From an uncultured Bacilli bacterium (GTDB lineage Bacteria > Bacillota_I > Bacilli_A > RF39 > UBA660): DNA of 64,000 nucleotides. The notes beneath the pieces were generated by a model. It did no database searches and had not been told where the DNA came from. It worked only from the letters and a program-made list of their open reading frames with translations. Within the stretch, counting starts at the first letter, position 1, and every line of letters starts with the position of its first letter. The position numbers were made by a program, and so were the translations under genes. Shown piece by piece: positions 40,155-51,786 of the stretch. The stretch is taken from the NCBI GenBank assembly GCA_947629025.1, contig CANRCC010000003.1, forward strand, positions 7,521-71,520, given 5' to 3'.

Positions 40155-41441
40155 TTACTCCTTTTTTTCAAGTGGTTTCATAACAACTATAGATTTATTT
40201 GAAAAATCAATATTATTAAATTCGTCTTTTAATTCATTAAAACTTAAATTTTTATATTTCATAAAAGCATCTGATTCTATTTTACCACAATTACAGTAAT
40301 TACCATATAAATAATCCATAATTGAATCTACTTTTGTAAAGTAATAAACAAAATTAGAAATCATTGATTTTTTTATAAGATTAAAATCATCTTCTATAAT
40401 AGATAAGTTATTTAATTTTTCATTAATTACTTTTATTATCTTATCAGTATCTTCTCCTAAGGCATCTAAACTTACAATAACATAATCATCATATTTTGTT
40501 ACTTCTACTATAATATTTGCATCTATAATTTCTTCTTGTTTTAACTTTAAATTAAATTCAGATATTGAACCAAAGTTCATAACAAATAACATTCTAAGAT
40601 ATAACATTGTTTTCATCTTATCAAACTTAAATTTATTAAAAGGTAATTTTATAGATACAGATACTTGTGTTTTAGATACATTATCATATATTACCTCATA
40701 TTCTTTTTCTACATTTTCAGGTTCTTCTACTTTATCTATCTTTACTTTATCCATTTTATCAAAATGTTTTTTAGCTTGATTATTCTTTACAAAATTAATG
40801 ACTTTTTCTTCATCTTGATTAGATACTACTATTAAACACATATTAGATGGATTATAAAAAGTATTATAACATTTATATAAATCCTCTTTAGTAATGCTAT
40901 CAATATCATTTAAAGTACCTACTATAGATTTTCCATATTGTAAATTTACAAATAAATTTTCAAGTGATTTAAGATAAAAAGTTCTATACGGATTATCTTT
41001 AGTCATTAACTCTTCTTGTTTAATAATACCTTTTTCTTTTTCTACATTTTCATCTGTAAAATATGGGGATTGTACATAGTCAATAAGAAATTCTAGATTT
41101 TCATAAAAATTATCTATTCCCTCAACAAAATATGTTGTAAACAAATAATTAGTAAATGCATTACATACTCCACCTAATGATGAAAATTTTTCAAGTACAC
41201 TTGGACCTTTTTCTTGTTCAAATAATTTATGCTCTAAAAAATGTGCAATACCATCTGGAAATTTTTGCTTTTCTTTTTCGTTAACTGGAACAAAATTATT
41301 AATTAATGCTCCATAATTAGTTACAAAATAAGCACTAAAATAATTAAATTTTTCTTTTTTAAGTACATAAACATCAAGTCCATTATCTAACTTTTCATAA
41401 TATACTATCTCGTCTAGTCCCTCTAGTTTAATCTTCTTCAT
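40155..41441 (-). CDS. M16-family zinc peptidase (active subunit, inverted HxxEH motif)
   Basis: GIAHFLEHKLF. GAAGGAGA ribosome-binding site before ATG 41441. Confidence 0.85.
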   Translation of the reverse strand: MKKIKLEGLDEIVYYEKLDNGLDVYVLKKEKFNYFSAYFVTNYGALINNFVPVNEKEKQKFPDGIAHFLEHKLFEQEKGPSVLEKFSSLGGVCNAFTNYLFTTYFVEGIDNFYENLEFLIDYVQSPYFTDENVEKEKGIIKQEELMTKDNPYRTFYLKSLENLFVNLQYGKSIVGTLNDIDSITKEDLYKCYNTFYNPSNMCLIVVSNQDEEKVINFVKNNQAKKHFDKMDKVKIDKVEEPENVEKEYEVIYDNVSKTQVSVSIKLPFNKFKFDKMKTMLYLRMLFVMNFGSISEFNLKLKQEEIIDANIIVEVTKYDDYVIVSLDALGEDTDKIIKVINEKLNNLSIIEDDFNLIKKSMISNFVYYFTKVDSIMDYLYGNYCNCGKIESDAFMKYKNLSFNELKDEFNNIDFSNKSIVVMKPLEKKE

Positions 41442-42696
41442 TATCTTTATCTCCTTCAAGCATGTATATAATACATAAACTTAATTTATTTGCTAAATCA
41501 GTAATTTCCTTTTTTGTAACAGTATCAACATTTTTTCTTCTTTCTTCTAAATCATCATTATTAAATAAAACACTACTAACTTTAGTACCAAGAATAGAAT
41601 AATTATCATCATCAAAACCTTTTAATATTATACTTCTATACTTTTTAGCATCATCTATATCACTATCGTTAAATTCTCCTTTTTGAAGTTTAGATAATTC
41701 ATAATTAATAGAATCTATCACTTCATTTTTACTTTCTTTACTTATTCCTGATATTACAGTAATTAAACTTTCTTCTCTTTGAGCAATAGATCTTATATCA
41801 TACGCTAATGATTTTTTCTCTCTAACATTTCTAAATAATTTTGAGTTATTTCCAAGTCCAAATATTCTATTAAATATAGGTAAAACAACATTTCTTTCTC
41901 TATCTGTCATATTAAGTATTTTATATAAAACTACTAATTTAGATTGATTATTTTCTTCTTTATCTAATGCTTCTTTTATATCACTTGTTTTATCAAATAT
42001 ATTACATGAATATACATTATCATTTTTATATAATTTATCTTTTACATTTTCATTTACTAAATCTATTATCTTATCATCATTGACATTTCCCATAATAAAT
42101 ATATCTACATGTGCAGTTTCAAATAATTCTTTATAATATTCTGCCATATTTTTTTCATTTAATTTTTCTAAATCTTCAATATATCCATTAGCAGCATATT
42201 TTAATTGTTCTTCTTCAAGTAATTCATGTGATTTATTAATACTATAAGTATATTTATCTTCTTTTTGCATTTCATAATAGTTTAGCAATGATTTTTTTGC
42301 AAGTTTAAAATTACTTTCTTCAAATTTTCCATTTATTATATTAGGATTAAATATCATATCAAAATAATGACTTAAAGCTTTATCTTGTAAACCATCTTCA
42401 GTATATTTATCTTCTAAAAATTCTATATCAAATATAGTTAGTATTGCATTATTATATAATTCATTTATTACAGAAAAATCTGTATTATATAATTCATAAG
42501 ATTTTTTATATACTTCAGTTTGATTTTTTAAACTACCACTTGATGATGTAAGTAATCTTCTTAAAAGGGCATTTTTTGTTAAGTTTTCTTTTTTAAATTC
42601 GTTAACTAATGTTAATGAAACTATTGTACTTTTAAATTTATCAGTATTAAGTACATGTATATTGTAATTATCATATTCATACACTTTGTAATCCAT
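41428..42696 (-). CDS. M16-family peptidase-like protein (non-catalytic partner, no HxxEH)
   Basis: Same fold and length class. The zinc motif is absent. It overlaps the active-subunit gene by 14 nt. Confidence 0.75.
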   Translation of the reverse strand: MDYKVYEYDNYNIHVLNTDKFKSTIVSLTLVNEFKKENLTKNALLRRLLTSSSGSLKNQTEVYKKSYELYNTDFSVINELYNNAILTIFDIEFLEDKYTEDGLQDKALSHYFDMIFNPNIINGKFEESNFKLAKKSLLNYYEMQKEDKYTYSINKSHELLEEEQLKYAANGYIEDLEKLNEKNMAEYYKELFETAHVDIFIMGNVNDDKIIDLVNENVKDKLYKNDNVYSCNIFDKTSDIKEALDKEENNQSKLVVLYKILNMTDRERNVVLPIFNRIFGLGNNSKLFRNVREKKSLAYDIRSIAQREESLITVISGISKESKNEVIDSINYELSKLQKGEFNDSDIDDAKKYRSIILKGFDDDNYSILGTKVSSVLFNNDDLEERRKNVDTVTKKEITDLANKLSLCIIYMLEGDKDNEED

Positions 42697-42735
42697 ATAA
42701 TTACCTCCCTTCTTTTTATTATCTTCAAAATAATA

Positions 42736-43452
42736 TCATAATATACTTTCTAGCGCAAGAACTGTCATCTGATCAACAGAATTTTGTCTTTCTTCTGCAG
42801 TTAATTCTTGTTTTTTTGAATGAGAATCTACAACTGTAAGAAGACAAGATGCTTTTTTACCTAAAACTTTTGCTGTGTAGAAAAGCGCAAATGATTCCAT
42901 TTCAGCTGCGATTATATTTAAATCTTTAGGTAATCTTTCAAGAAATTGATTTAAGTCAGTCATATACCAATCAAAACAATCTGTTGTACATACATTACCC
43001 TTTATAATATTTATTCTCTCTTTTTTTGCTAAATCCTCTATTTTTTCATTAATTTCTTTACAAGATGAAACATAATTTACTTTTTCATTATTGAATGTAT
43101 AAGAAAAATTACTTTCTGTATAACTATTTTCAACTAAAATTATATCAAGTAAATTAATATCATCTACATAAGAACCACAAGACCCTAATCTTATTATAGT
43201 TTCAACATCATAAAATTTATATAGTTCATATGAATATATTCCCATACTAGGAATTCCCATACCATGTGCCATTACTGTTACTTCTTTTCCTTTATATGTT
43301 CCAGTATAAGCATAAATATTTCTAATTTCATTTACTAATTTTGCATTATCTAAATATTTATCTGCAATTTGTTTTACCCTAAGTGGGTCTCCTGACATTA
43401 TTACAGTTTTTGCAATATCTCCTTTATTTGCTGAGTTATGGGCTGTTGCCAT
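42736..43452 (-). CDS. deoD: Purine nucleoside phosphorylase, DeoD type
   Basis: MATAHNSA...SGDPLRV...GMGIPSMGIYSYEL...RLGSCGS. GGAAGGTGA ribosome-binding site. Confidence 0.85.
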   Translation of the reverse strand: MATAHNSANKGDIAKTVIMSGDPLRVKQIADKYLDNAKLVNEIRNIYAYTGTYKGKEVTVMAHGMGIPSMGIYSYELYKFYDVETIIRLGSCGSYVDDINLLDIILVENSYTESNFSYTFNNEKVNYVSSCKEINEKIEDLAKKERINIIKGNVCTTDCFDWYMTDLNQFLERLPKDLNIIAAEMESFALFYTAKVLGKKASCLLTVVDSHSKKQELTAEERQNSVDQMTVLALESIL

Positions 43453-43520
43453 AAATATCACCTTCCTATCATTAATAATTATAGCATATAAAAAGCAAAT
43501 TACGAATAATTTGCTTACAT

Positions 43521-45728
43521 TTATTCTTCATTAGAATCTTCATCTAATGCTACTAATACCTCTCTTGGCTTTGATCCATTTTGAGGTCCTACAATACCTC
43601 TTTCTTCAAGCAAATCTATTAATCTTGCTGCTCTATTATAGCCTAGTTTAAATCTTCTTTGCAAAAGAGATGCACTTGCTTTACCTGTTGTTATAACAAA
43701 TTCTACTACATCGTTATATAAAGGATCATCATTATCTACATCATCTTTATCAATATTTGTTTTTGTTTGTACCTCATCTAATTTCATAAAACTTTCATCA
43801 TAAGTTGCTTTTTGCTGATCAATAACAAAATCAACAATTTTACTAACCTCTTCTTCTGATATAAATGCACCTTGTATTCTAGTTAAAGTAGATGCTCCCA
43901 TTGGATAATATAACATATCTCCTTTACCAAGTAATTTTTCTGCACCTGATGCATCTAAAATAGTTCTTGAATCTATTTGTGAAGATACTGCAAATGATAT
44001 TCTAGATGGAATATTTGCTTTTATTACACCTGTTATTACATCTGTTGATGGTCTTTGTGTTGCAACAATTAAATGAATACCTGCTGCTCTTGCCATTTGT
44101 GTTATTCTCATTATAGAATCTTCAACTTCTTTTCTTGCAACAACCATTAAATCAGCAAGTTCATCTATTATTACTACCATATATGGTAATAATGGAATTT
44201 GAGATTCTTGCGGTAAATTTTTATTTTTATTTCTTAAATAATTATTATATCCCTCAATATTTTTTGTTTTACTTTCTTCAAATAAATCATATCTTTTTAA
44301 CATCTCATCTACTACTTTTTGAAGAGCTGCTGATGCCTTTTTTGGATCAGTTATTACTGGCATTAATAAATGTGGTATACAGTTATACATACTAAGTTCT
44401 ACTTTTTTTGGATCAACCATTATAAGTTTTACCTCATCTGGTTTAGCTCTCATTAATATTGTACTTATTATTCCATTAACACATACTGATTTACCTGAAC
44501 CAGTTGATCCTGCGATAAGTAAGTGTGGTGTTTTATTTATTTCCATATATTTTGGATTACCCATTATATCTTTACCTAGCGCCACTGTAAGTTTATTATC
44601 TAATTTATCATTTGGAAATACCATCATCATTTCTTTAAATGAAACTCCTACTGATACTTTATTTGGTATTTCAACACCAACAGTATTTTTTCCTGGAATA
44701 GGTGCTTGTATTCTTACATCAGTAGCAGCAAGTGCAAGTGCTATCTCGCTACTTAATGCTTTTATTTTACTCATTTTTGTACCTGATTTAACTTCTAATT
44801 CATATTGAGTTATAGAAGGGCCAACATGTGCTTCTTTTACCTTTGCAATTATATCAAAGTCATTTAAAACCGCTTCTAATCTTTTTGCATTATCTTTAAT
44901 AGATGCTTCATTTTCTCTTGAACTTTTCTTTTTAGGTGATGAAAGTAAATCTATAGATGGTAATTTATAATTTAGATATTTGTTACTAGCATTTTCTCTT
45001 TTTATAGGTTCATTTATAGTAGGTTCTTTTTCATTTTCATCATTACTTGATATATGTGTTAATTCTGATACTGAAGATATTTTTATCTTCTTATCTTTTT
45101 TATCTTTTTCTTCGTCATATTCATATTCATCATCTTCATCGTCTTCATCATACTCTTCTTTACTTTTCTTTACTTTTTCAACTATCCAAGATATACCATC
45201 GCTTATTGATAAATTAGCAACAAGTATAACTCCAACAATCATAAGAACTGATACAATAATTATACTTCCCATTTTTCCAAGTAAAGCGTATAAAATTGAT
45301 ATAAAGAATGCTCCAAGTATTCCACCACCAGAAAAATTAACCTTTGTATTTATACACTTAACAAATTCATCAATTGTATCTTTCATTGTTGTAAAAAAGT
45401 CTGGTTTATCCCCTAAATAATTTATATGTGCTAAAGCAAGTAAACCTATTAAAAATATATATACACCTATTAATTTAGTACTAAAATATTTTGGTTTTTC
45501 TCTTGTAACTAACATATAACAACCACAAATAAATACAAATGTTAAAACAATAAAATCAAATGACCCCATTAAAAACATTGCAAATCCTTTAAAAATAGTT
45601 CCTAAAATGTTTGCTTTAAACCCTAATATACCTATTATTGCAACTACTATAAAAATAATTCCTTCTATTTCTATTGGATACTTAAATCCATTCTTTTTAT
45701 TATCTTTTTTTTGTTTCTTTTTTGCCAT
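43521..45728 (-). CDS. ftsK: DNA translocase FtsK/SpoIIIE
   Basis: N-terminal TM helices. Motor domain LLIAGSTGSGKSV...MVDPKKVEL. C-terminal gamma winged-helix LQRRFKLGYNRAARLIDLLEERGIV. Confidence 0.95.
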   Translation of the reverse strand: MAKKKQKKDNKKNGFKYPIEIEGIIFIVVAIIGILGFKANILGTIFKGFAMFLMGSFDFIVLTFVFICGCYMLVTREKPKYFSTKLIGVYIFLIGLLALAHINYLGDKPDFFTTMKDTIDEFVKCINTKVNFSGGGILGAFFISILYALLGKMGSIIIVSVLMIVGVILVANLSISDGISWIVEKVKKSKEEYDEDDEDDEYEYDEEKDKKDKKIKISSVSELTHISSNDENEKEPTINEPIKRENASNKYLNYKLPSIDLLSSPKKKSSRENEASIKDNAKRLEAVLNDFDIIAKVKEAHVGPSITQYELEVKSGTKMSKIKALSSEIALALAATDVRIQAPIPGKNTVGVEIPNKVSVGVSFKEMMMVFPNDKLDNKLTVALGKDIMGNPKYMEINKTPHLLIAGSTGSGKSVCVNGIISTILMRAKPDEVKLIMVDPKKVELSMYNCIPHLLMPVITDPKKASAALQKVVDEMLKRYDLFEESKTKNIEGYNNYLRNKNKNLPQESQIPLLPYMVVIIDELADLMVVARKEVEDSIMRITQMARAAGIHLIVATQRPSTDVITGVIKANIPSRISFAVSSQIDSRTILDASGAEKLLGKGDMLYYPMGASTLTRIQGAFISEEEVSKIVDFVIDQQKATYDESFMKLDEVQTKTNIDKDDVDNDDPLYNDVVEFVITTGKASASLLQRRFKLGYNRAARLIDLLEERGIVGPQNGSKPREVLVALDEDSNEE

Positions 45729-45799
45729 GCTTTATACACCTCAACTATTCTATATAATTATATCATAAACAAAAAAAAAGAAAAAGAACTATTTAAGTT

Positions 45800-47446
45800 C
45801 TATATTTCATTTATAACAGTAATTATCATTGGTTTACATTCTGTTTCATTATATAAATATTTACCAAGTTCATCTCTTATACCTGTTTTTATCTTATTAA
45901 ATTCAACATAATTGTTACTTATATTTGCATTTATAACTGATAATGATATTTCTTTCATTTTTTCAATTATATCTATATTTTCTTTAACATATATAAATCC
46001 TCTTGTTAAAATTTCAGGACCTGCTAAAATTTCCTTTGTCTTTTTATTTAAAGTTGCACATATAATTACAATACCATTGTCACTTAATAATTCTCTATCT
46101 TTTAAAACAAGTTCACCTATATCTTTAGAAACATTACCATCTATTAATAATTCATCTATCTTTATCTTCTCTGGTTCGTCAACAAGTACACCATTTTCAA
46201 ATGTTACAACATCACCATTTTGTTTTAATAATATATTTTTCTTATCAATACCAAGAAATTCTGCAATATTAGCATTTTCAACTTGATGTCTATATTCTCC
46301 AATAACAGGAAAATAGTATTTTGGTCCCATTAAATTTAACATAAGCATTAAATCTTCTTGTGATGCATGATTTAATAAATGTACTTTAGGTGATAAAGTT
46401 ATTACATTTGCACCAAGCTTACTAAGTTCATCACTAATTTTTACTGATTTTTTCTCCATTCCAACTGCAACTGGTTCCATAAAAAATACTGTATCATTTT
46501 CATTAATTTTAATATACTTATCATATCCATTTACTATTCTATCTAAATTCATAAATGGTTTTTCATTTTCATTAGATATTAGTATTATTGCATCCCTATC
46601 ATTTATATTATTTAAAGAGCCAATTTGTTCTTTATCAAAAGTTACATAACCCTCATCAATTACATAATTTACAAGATTTTGCAACTTTTTACCCATAATA
46701 ACTATTTTTCTATGAGTATTTGATACTTCATTAAATAATTCTTGAAGTCTTGATATATGATTAGTAAATACAGTTATTATTATTCTTCCCTCATTATGTA
46801 ATAAAATATCTCTAATAGTATTTGATATTCTATTATTTGGTGTAGTATATCCTGGTTTATCAGCATATTCTGATTCACTCATTAAACATAGTACTCCTTG
46901 TTTACCAATATATGCTAATTTACCAATATCTGTTTTATATGGTCCTGTCATACTAGAATCAAATACAAAATTTCCAGTATAAACAATTGCGCCATCTGGT
47001 GTATTAAGTACATATCCTACTGTATCTGGTACAGAATGAGTTAAACTTACAGGGAAAATACTATTCTTTCCAAAATTTATTTTTTTATGTGGTAATATTT
47101 GTTTTAAATTCTTATAGTTAATATTTTGATTTTCAAATTCTTTTTTTAATAATTCACATGTAAATTTAGTTGCGAATACTTTTATACTAGGTAATTCACG
47201 AACTATATCTGCTACTGCACCCATATATTTTTCATGTGCATGTGTTATAAATATTCCTTTTATTCTTTGTAAATTTTGTTTAAGATATGAAAATTCAGGT
47301 ATTATATAGTCAATACCAAGCATTTTATCATCTGCAAACTTAAGTCCTGCATCAAAAACAAATATATCATTATCTACATCAATGACATACATATTTTTTC
47401 CGCTTTCATTAAGTCCACCCAAACTAAAAATTTTAATTTTACTCAT
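45800..47446 (-). CDS. rnj: Ribonuclease J (MBL/beta-CASP)
   Basis: MSKIKIFSLGGLNESGKNMYV...ITHAHEKYMG. Length 548 aa. Confidence 0.95.
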   Translation of the reverse strand: MSKIKIFSLGGLNESGKNMYVIDVDNDIFVFDAGLKFADDKMLGIDYIIPEFSYLKQNLQRIKGIFITHAHEKYMGAVADIVRELPSIKVFATKFTCELLKKEFENQNINYKNLKQILPHKKINFGKNSIFPVSLTHSVPDTVGYVLNTPDGAIVYTGNFVFDSSMTGPYKTDIGKLAYIGKQGVLCLMSESEYADKPGYTTPNNRISNTIRDILLHNEGRIIITVFTNHISRLQELFNEVSNTHRKIVIMGKKLQNLVNYVIDEGYVTFDKEQIGSLNNINDRDAIILISNENEKPFMNLDRIVNGYDKYIKINENDTVFFMEPVAVGMEKKSVKISDELSKLGANVITLSPKVHLLNHASQEDLMLMLNLMGPKYYFPVIGEYRHQVENANIAEFLGIDKKNILLKQNGDVVTFENGVLVDEPEKIKIDELLIDGNVSKDIGELVLKDRELLSDNGIVIICATLNKKTKEILAGPEILTRGFIYVKENIDIIEKMKEISLSVINANISNNYVEFNKIKTGIRDELGKYLYNETECKPMIITVINEI

Positions 47447-47619
47447 ATTAGTCTCCTTTCTTTTTTTTATACTAAAGATATAAGCACTTAAACATTATAT
47501 CAAAATTTTTAAAATATTTAAAGTATATATTATCTAGTTGATTAAAAAAGTTAAAAATAACAAATTATACCTAGTCAAAGACGACTTTTTAATGTATAAT
47601 GTATTTAGGTGATTAACAT

Positions 47620-47838
47620 ATGGATAATTTTTTATTAAAAGAAGAAGCTAAAAGAGTATCAAAAGAGTTAGTAAAAATATACTCTTCTAATGAAAATTTA
47701 GACAAATTATTTAATAAAATACTAAATAAAGAATATAAAAAAGATAGTATGAAAGTTTTAACATATATATCTGATGCATTATATGATCTAGGATATACAC
47801 TAGATTCTGTAAATCCTTTTAAATTAAAGGAAATATAA
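47620..47838 (+). CDS. Small hypothetical protein (72 aa)
   Basis: AGGTGA ribosome-binding site 7 nt before the ATG. No family assigned. Confidence 0.4.
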   Translation: MDNFLLKEEAKRVSKELVKIYSSNENLDKLFNKILNKEYKKDSMKVLTYISDALYDLGYTLDSVNPFKLKEI

Positions 47839-47862
47839 AAAAATAATCAAAAGATTATTTTT

Positions 47863-48711
47863 TTAATTGTAATTATCGCAACTATTACTTTCATTTAATA
47901 AGGTATTTAAAGAAACAATATCATATCCTTTTGATAAAATATAATTTATTGAAACCTTTATATCTTCAATATCATTAGAATTAAATACCATTATACTTCC
48001 ATTAGATAAATTTTCTTTTACATTTTTAAATATATTATTTTTAATAAAATTAGATTTTATAGTATCCATATCATATTCAGTACATAAATTTAAAACCTCT
48101 TCATTTCTATCTTCTACTAAACAATACTTTGACTCGTTAGTAGTATTTACATTTATTAGATTATTATCATATATCATATGCTTATCTTCATAGTTACCAT
48201 TATTTCCATAATTATAAATATTATTTTGTTTTGATATCTTTATTACATTTGAAATATTTTTTTCTAAATATTCTCTATCTATAAAAAAGTTACCAACAAT
48301 ATTCTTTGATTTTAAAAATTTTATAATATTCATATTTATTTCATCTTTTACGATAAAAATTATACTTACATTTTTAGTTTTTTTATTTCCACTTACTATA
48401 TATTTATTTTTTGAATTTTTATCACTTTCTACCTCACTCATTACTAGTAATTCTTCTTTATATTCACCTACACTTTTCATTTTACTATAACTTTTATCTA
48501 TATCAATAGTGCACCCTTTAACTCCTGCGATATATTCATCATCAATTATTATTGGATCTACACCCATTACTTCTAAATCTTCTTTTACATTTTTTATTTG
48601 AACCATTATAGGGTCACTATTTCTTGCTATTTTGGTAACTTTTTCAGTATAAAAAAAACTAAATCCTGCCAATAATAATATACTTGATACCTGAAAAATC
48701 TTTTTTATCAT
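47863..48711 (-). CDS. Hypothetical membrane-anchored protein
   Basis: Signal anchor VSSILLLAGFSFF. AGGTGA ribosome-binding site before ATG 48711. No confident domain assignment. Confidence 0.5.
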   Translation of the reverse strand: MIKKIFQVSSILLLAGFSFFYTEKVTKIARNSDPIMVQIKNVKEDLEVMGVDPIIIDDEYIAGVKGCTIDIDKSYSKMKSVGEYKEELLVMSEVESDKNSKNKYIVSGNKKTKNVSIIFIVKDEINMNIIKFLKSKNIVGNFFIDREYLEKNISNVIKISKQNNIYNYGNNGNYEDKHMIYDNNLINVNTTNESKYCLVEDRNEEVLNLCTEYDMDTIKSNFIKNNIFKNVKENLSNGSIMVFNSNDIEDIKVSINYILSKGYDIVSLNTLLNESNSCDNYN

Positions 48712-48767
48712 TTTCTTCACCTATTTAAATATATGAATATAAAAAAGAAATGATTACTCACTTCTTT

Positions 48768-50483
48768 TTAGTTTGCAGTATTGTATGCAGCAATTATTTT
48801 ATTATGAATACCTGGTTCTACATAATCTATTGCATTCATAGTTATCTCTAATGCTTTTTTATAATCACCTTGATAGAATAATTTTTCTGCAATATTTAAA
48901 CCCTCATTAACCTTTTCTTTACTGCTTCTATATCTATTTCCATAAACAATAGTTTCTTCTAACATTACTATTGTTTTAAGTAAATTATTTGTAGTATTAA
49001 AAACTTTAAAAACTAAATCCCTTGCTGTATCAACTCTAATATTTAATATTTCAATATTAATTGGTTTTTTATTTAGTTCTTTTTGAATTTCTTTAATAGC
49101 ATCACTTGCGTCTTGAAGTTCTATAAAATAATTATCTGGCAAAACTGGTATATTATAAAGTCTAACTCTATTTTTTGATTTCTTTAATAAATCTTTTATT
49201 GTATCTAGTTGTTCTCTTGCTCTTATCTCATCATCTTTCATACTACCAATTGCTTTTAAATCATAATTTAAAGTCTCATCTAATTTAGATACTTTTATTA
49301 TTAGTATATCAAGTTCTCTAACCATTTTTGAATATGGGAAAGAATGATTTTTACTGCAATCCATTAAATTATTATAATCTCTTTTAATACTTTCTGTTTC
49401 AGTACTAATAGTATTTAATCTTTTTACATCTTCCTCAGATAAATCATAAGTAGATTTTAAATCATTTAATTCATGCATAAGTCCACTTATTACTTTATTT
49501 GTTCTTACTAATTTTACTTTAAATGATTTCATATTAGACTCAAATAATCTTCTTGCAGATTTTTCATTTTCAAAATCATTATATAATGAATCAAAATAAT
49601 TAATTATTGTTCTAAGTTCAAATACAACATCTTCTAAATTTAGTACCTTAACTCTATCTAATATATTTTTTATTTTCTTTTCAGTTTCTTTAATATTATA
49701 CTCTACATTTAAATAATCAAGTTGATACATTTCTCTAGTCATCTTTATATATATACTAGAAATATCTTCTATTTTATTTGGTATTAATTCATCACACATT
49801 ATTAATATTGCTGGAACTTCTTTAATTACATATTTCATATGATCAATCATATCACTTATTCCTTTTACTAAGTAATTAATTTCATCATAGTCCTTTTTTT
49901 CCATAACAATTTCAAATTCTTGAAATCTTCTTTCAATATTTTCAAATTGTAATTCTATTTGATTATTAACAAGTTTATAATCAGCTTTATTTTTTTCATA
50001 ATCAGCTTTTATTTTTCTATATTCAGTCTTTAATTTTACTATTTGATCTCTATTCTTTTCTTCACTTAATGTTATTTCTTTTATTTCTGATAAAAGTTTA
50101 TCTGTCTTTTCTCTTAACTTATATATTCTAAGTTCTATATCTGCAAGTAATACTCTTAATTTTTTATAATCTTTAATTGCAGCATAATTATCAGCATCTA
50201 ATATCATATCAGTTACTTCTGGTATATATATATTTCTTATATCATCAAATCTTTTTTGCCAATTATCATATTTACCTCTTAATTTGTCATCTCTAACTAA
50301 TGCTTCAACTTTTGAAAGTTCATTTAATATTGGTGCATTTAATACTAAATTTTTTTCTCTTTCTAATTGTGTTATTGTATCAGTTATTTTTTTATTTTGT
50401 TTTGAATTTTTTAACAAAAAAATTGCAATTAATACTATGGCCGAAACTATATATACTGAAACTATTATTAAACTAGTTCTCAA
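48768..50483 (-). CDS. ezrA: Septation ring formation regulator EzrA
   Basis: N-terminal TM helix followed by about 540 aa of coiled-coil repeats. It lies next to rpsD as in Bacillus. TTG start with a GAGGTGA ribosome-binding site. Confidence 0.85.
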   Translation of the reverse strand: MRTSLIIVSVYIVSAIVLIAIFLLKNSKQNKKITDTITQLEREKNLVLNAPILNELSKVEALVRDDKLRGKYDNWQKRFDDIRNIYIPEVTDMILDADNYAAIKDYKKLRVLLADIELRIYKLREKTDKLLSEIKEITLSEEKNRDQIVKLKTEYRKIKADYEKNKADYKLVNNQIELQFENIERRFQEFEIVMEKKDYDEINYLVKGISDMIDHMKYVIKEVPAILIMCDELIPNKIEDISSIYIKMTREMYQLDYLNVEYNIKETEKKIKNILDRVKVLNLEDVVFELRTIINYFDSLYNDFENEKSARRLFESNMKSFKVKLVRTNKVISGLMHELNDLKSTYDLSEEDVKRLNTISTETESIKRDYNNLMDCSKNHSFPYSKMVRELDILIIKVSKLDETLNYDLKAIGSMKDDEIRAREQLDTIKDLLKKSKNRVRLYNIPVLPDNYFIELQDASDAIKEIQKELNKKPINIEILNIRVDTARDLVFKVFNTTNNLLKTIVMLEETIVYGNRYRSSKEKVNEGLNIAEKLFYQGDYKKALEITMNAIDYVEPGIHNKIIAAYNTAN

Positions 50484-50792
50484 GATATCACCTCTATTAT
50501 TAATATTATTTTATCACAAATTAAAACTTTTTTATACTTATTTCTACTTTTTAGTAAAATTTTCTTATTTTATAAGAATGTATTTGACTATTTAATATTT
50601 TATGTTATAATTGTTAATGCAAACATTTTGTAGCACTTTTTTGAAATATGTAATGTGTTGTTTTTCGATTAAGTATTATTAGTATTATGCCCTTTTAAAG
50701 CTACGCATAAGAAAATATTAAAAAATAACACCCTATATATTGGCAGAAAAGAATACTTAAGGTTTGATAATCTTATGGAAGGAGGAAGGAAA

Positions 50793-51395
50793 ATGTCAAG
50801 ATATACTGGTCCAGCATATAAAAAGAGTCGTAGAGTTGGTTTTTCAACACTTGAAAATGGTAAGGATTTAGCTAAAAGAGCTTATAAACCAGGTGTTCAT
50901 GGTCAAGATAGAAAAGCTAAAGCATCAAACTACTCTATTCAATTAAATGAAAAACAAAAAGTTAAATTTACTTATGGATTAAATGAAAAACAATTCAGAA
51001 TATTATTTGATAAAGCTGGTAAAATGCAAGGTATTCATGGTGAGAACTTCTTAAAATTACTTGAAAGTAGACTAGATAATATAGTATATCGTATGGGTCT
51101 TGCTAAAACAAGAAGAGGTTCAAGACAATTAGTTAATCATGGACATATCTTAGTTAATGGAAAAAAAGTTGATATTCCATCATATTGTACTAAACCAGGT
51201 GATGTTATAAGTGTTAAAGAAGCATCAAAAGATCATAAAGCTATTAAAGAAGCGTTAGAATCAATTAATAGTCGTGTTGAATATGTAACATTTGATGATA
51301 AAAAACTTGAAGGTACTTATGTAAGATATCCTGAAAGAAGCGAATTAAGTAGTGATATAAATGAAGCATTAATTGTTGAATTTTATAGTAGATAA
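50793..51395 (+). CDS. rpsD: 30S ribosomal protein S4
   Basis: [18 protein letters not shown]4 domain. GGAGGAAGG ribosome-binding site. Confidence 0.95.
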   Translation: MSRYTGPAYKKSRRVGFSTLENGKDLAKRAYKPGVHGQDRKAKASNYSIQLNEKQKVKFTYGLNEKQFRILFDKAGKMQGIHGENFLKLLESRLDNIVYRMGLAKTRRGSRQLVNHGHILVNGKKVDIPSYCTKPGDVISVKEASKDHKAIKEALESINSRVEYVTFDDKKLEGTYVRYPERSELSSDINEALIVEFYSR

Positions 51396-51396
51396 A

Positions 51397-51424
51397 AAAA
51401 ACGATCCAAAAATCGTTTTTTTAT
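51397..51424 (+). terminator. Rho-independent terminator after rpsD
   Basis: AAAACGAT-ccaaaa-ATCGTTTT hairpin followed by a T-tract. Confidence 0.75.
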
Positions 51425-51774
51425 TTTACCTTTTTATTTAATAAGTGAATAAATAATGACACAATTACTATATTTGAAACTGAAATTAAAATATTATCTA
51501 TATTTGATTTATTCATATTTTCAATTTCATTCTTTTCTTGTATATAACTTGAATAACAATTATTTTTTGTTAATTCTTGATCAACTTCTTCAACAGGTAT
51601 TTTATCTAATTCACATACTTGTTTTGAATATTCTGTATAAGTTAAAACCTCTTCCTTATTTATTATTTTAATACCAACTCCAAAAGTTATAACAACAGCA
51701 ATTATAAGCCATATTACTAATATAGAATTTACTATCTTTAAAAATATATCCTTTTCACTTGAAAATAATCTCAT
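51421..51774 (-). CDS. Small hypothetical membrane protein (117 aa)
   Basis: GGAGGAG ribosome-binding site. Two hydrophobic segments. Confidence 0.45.
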   Translation of the reverse strand: MRLFSSEKDIFLKIVNSILVIWLIIAVVITFGVGIKIINKEEVLTYTEYSKQVCELDKIPVEEVDQELTKNNCYSSYIQEKNEIENMNKSNIDNILISVSNIVIVSLFIHLLNKKVK

Positions 51775-51786
51775 TTTTTACTCCTC

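Noticed and set aside
47863-48711. Assignment of this protein as a polysaccharide deacetylase (NodB) family member
   Set aside because: Only vague resemblance was seen, and no TFDDG/HxxxH NodB motifs were identified. It is kept as hypothetical.
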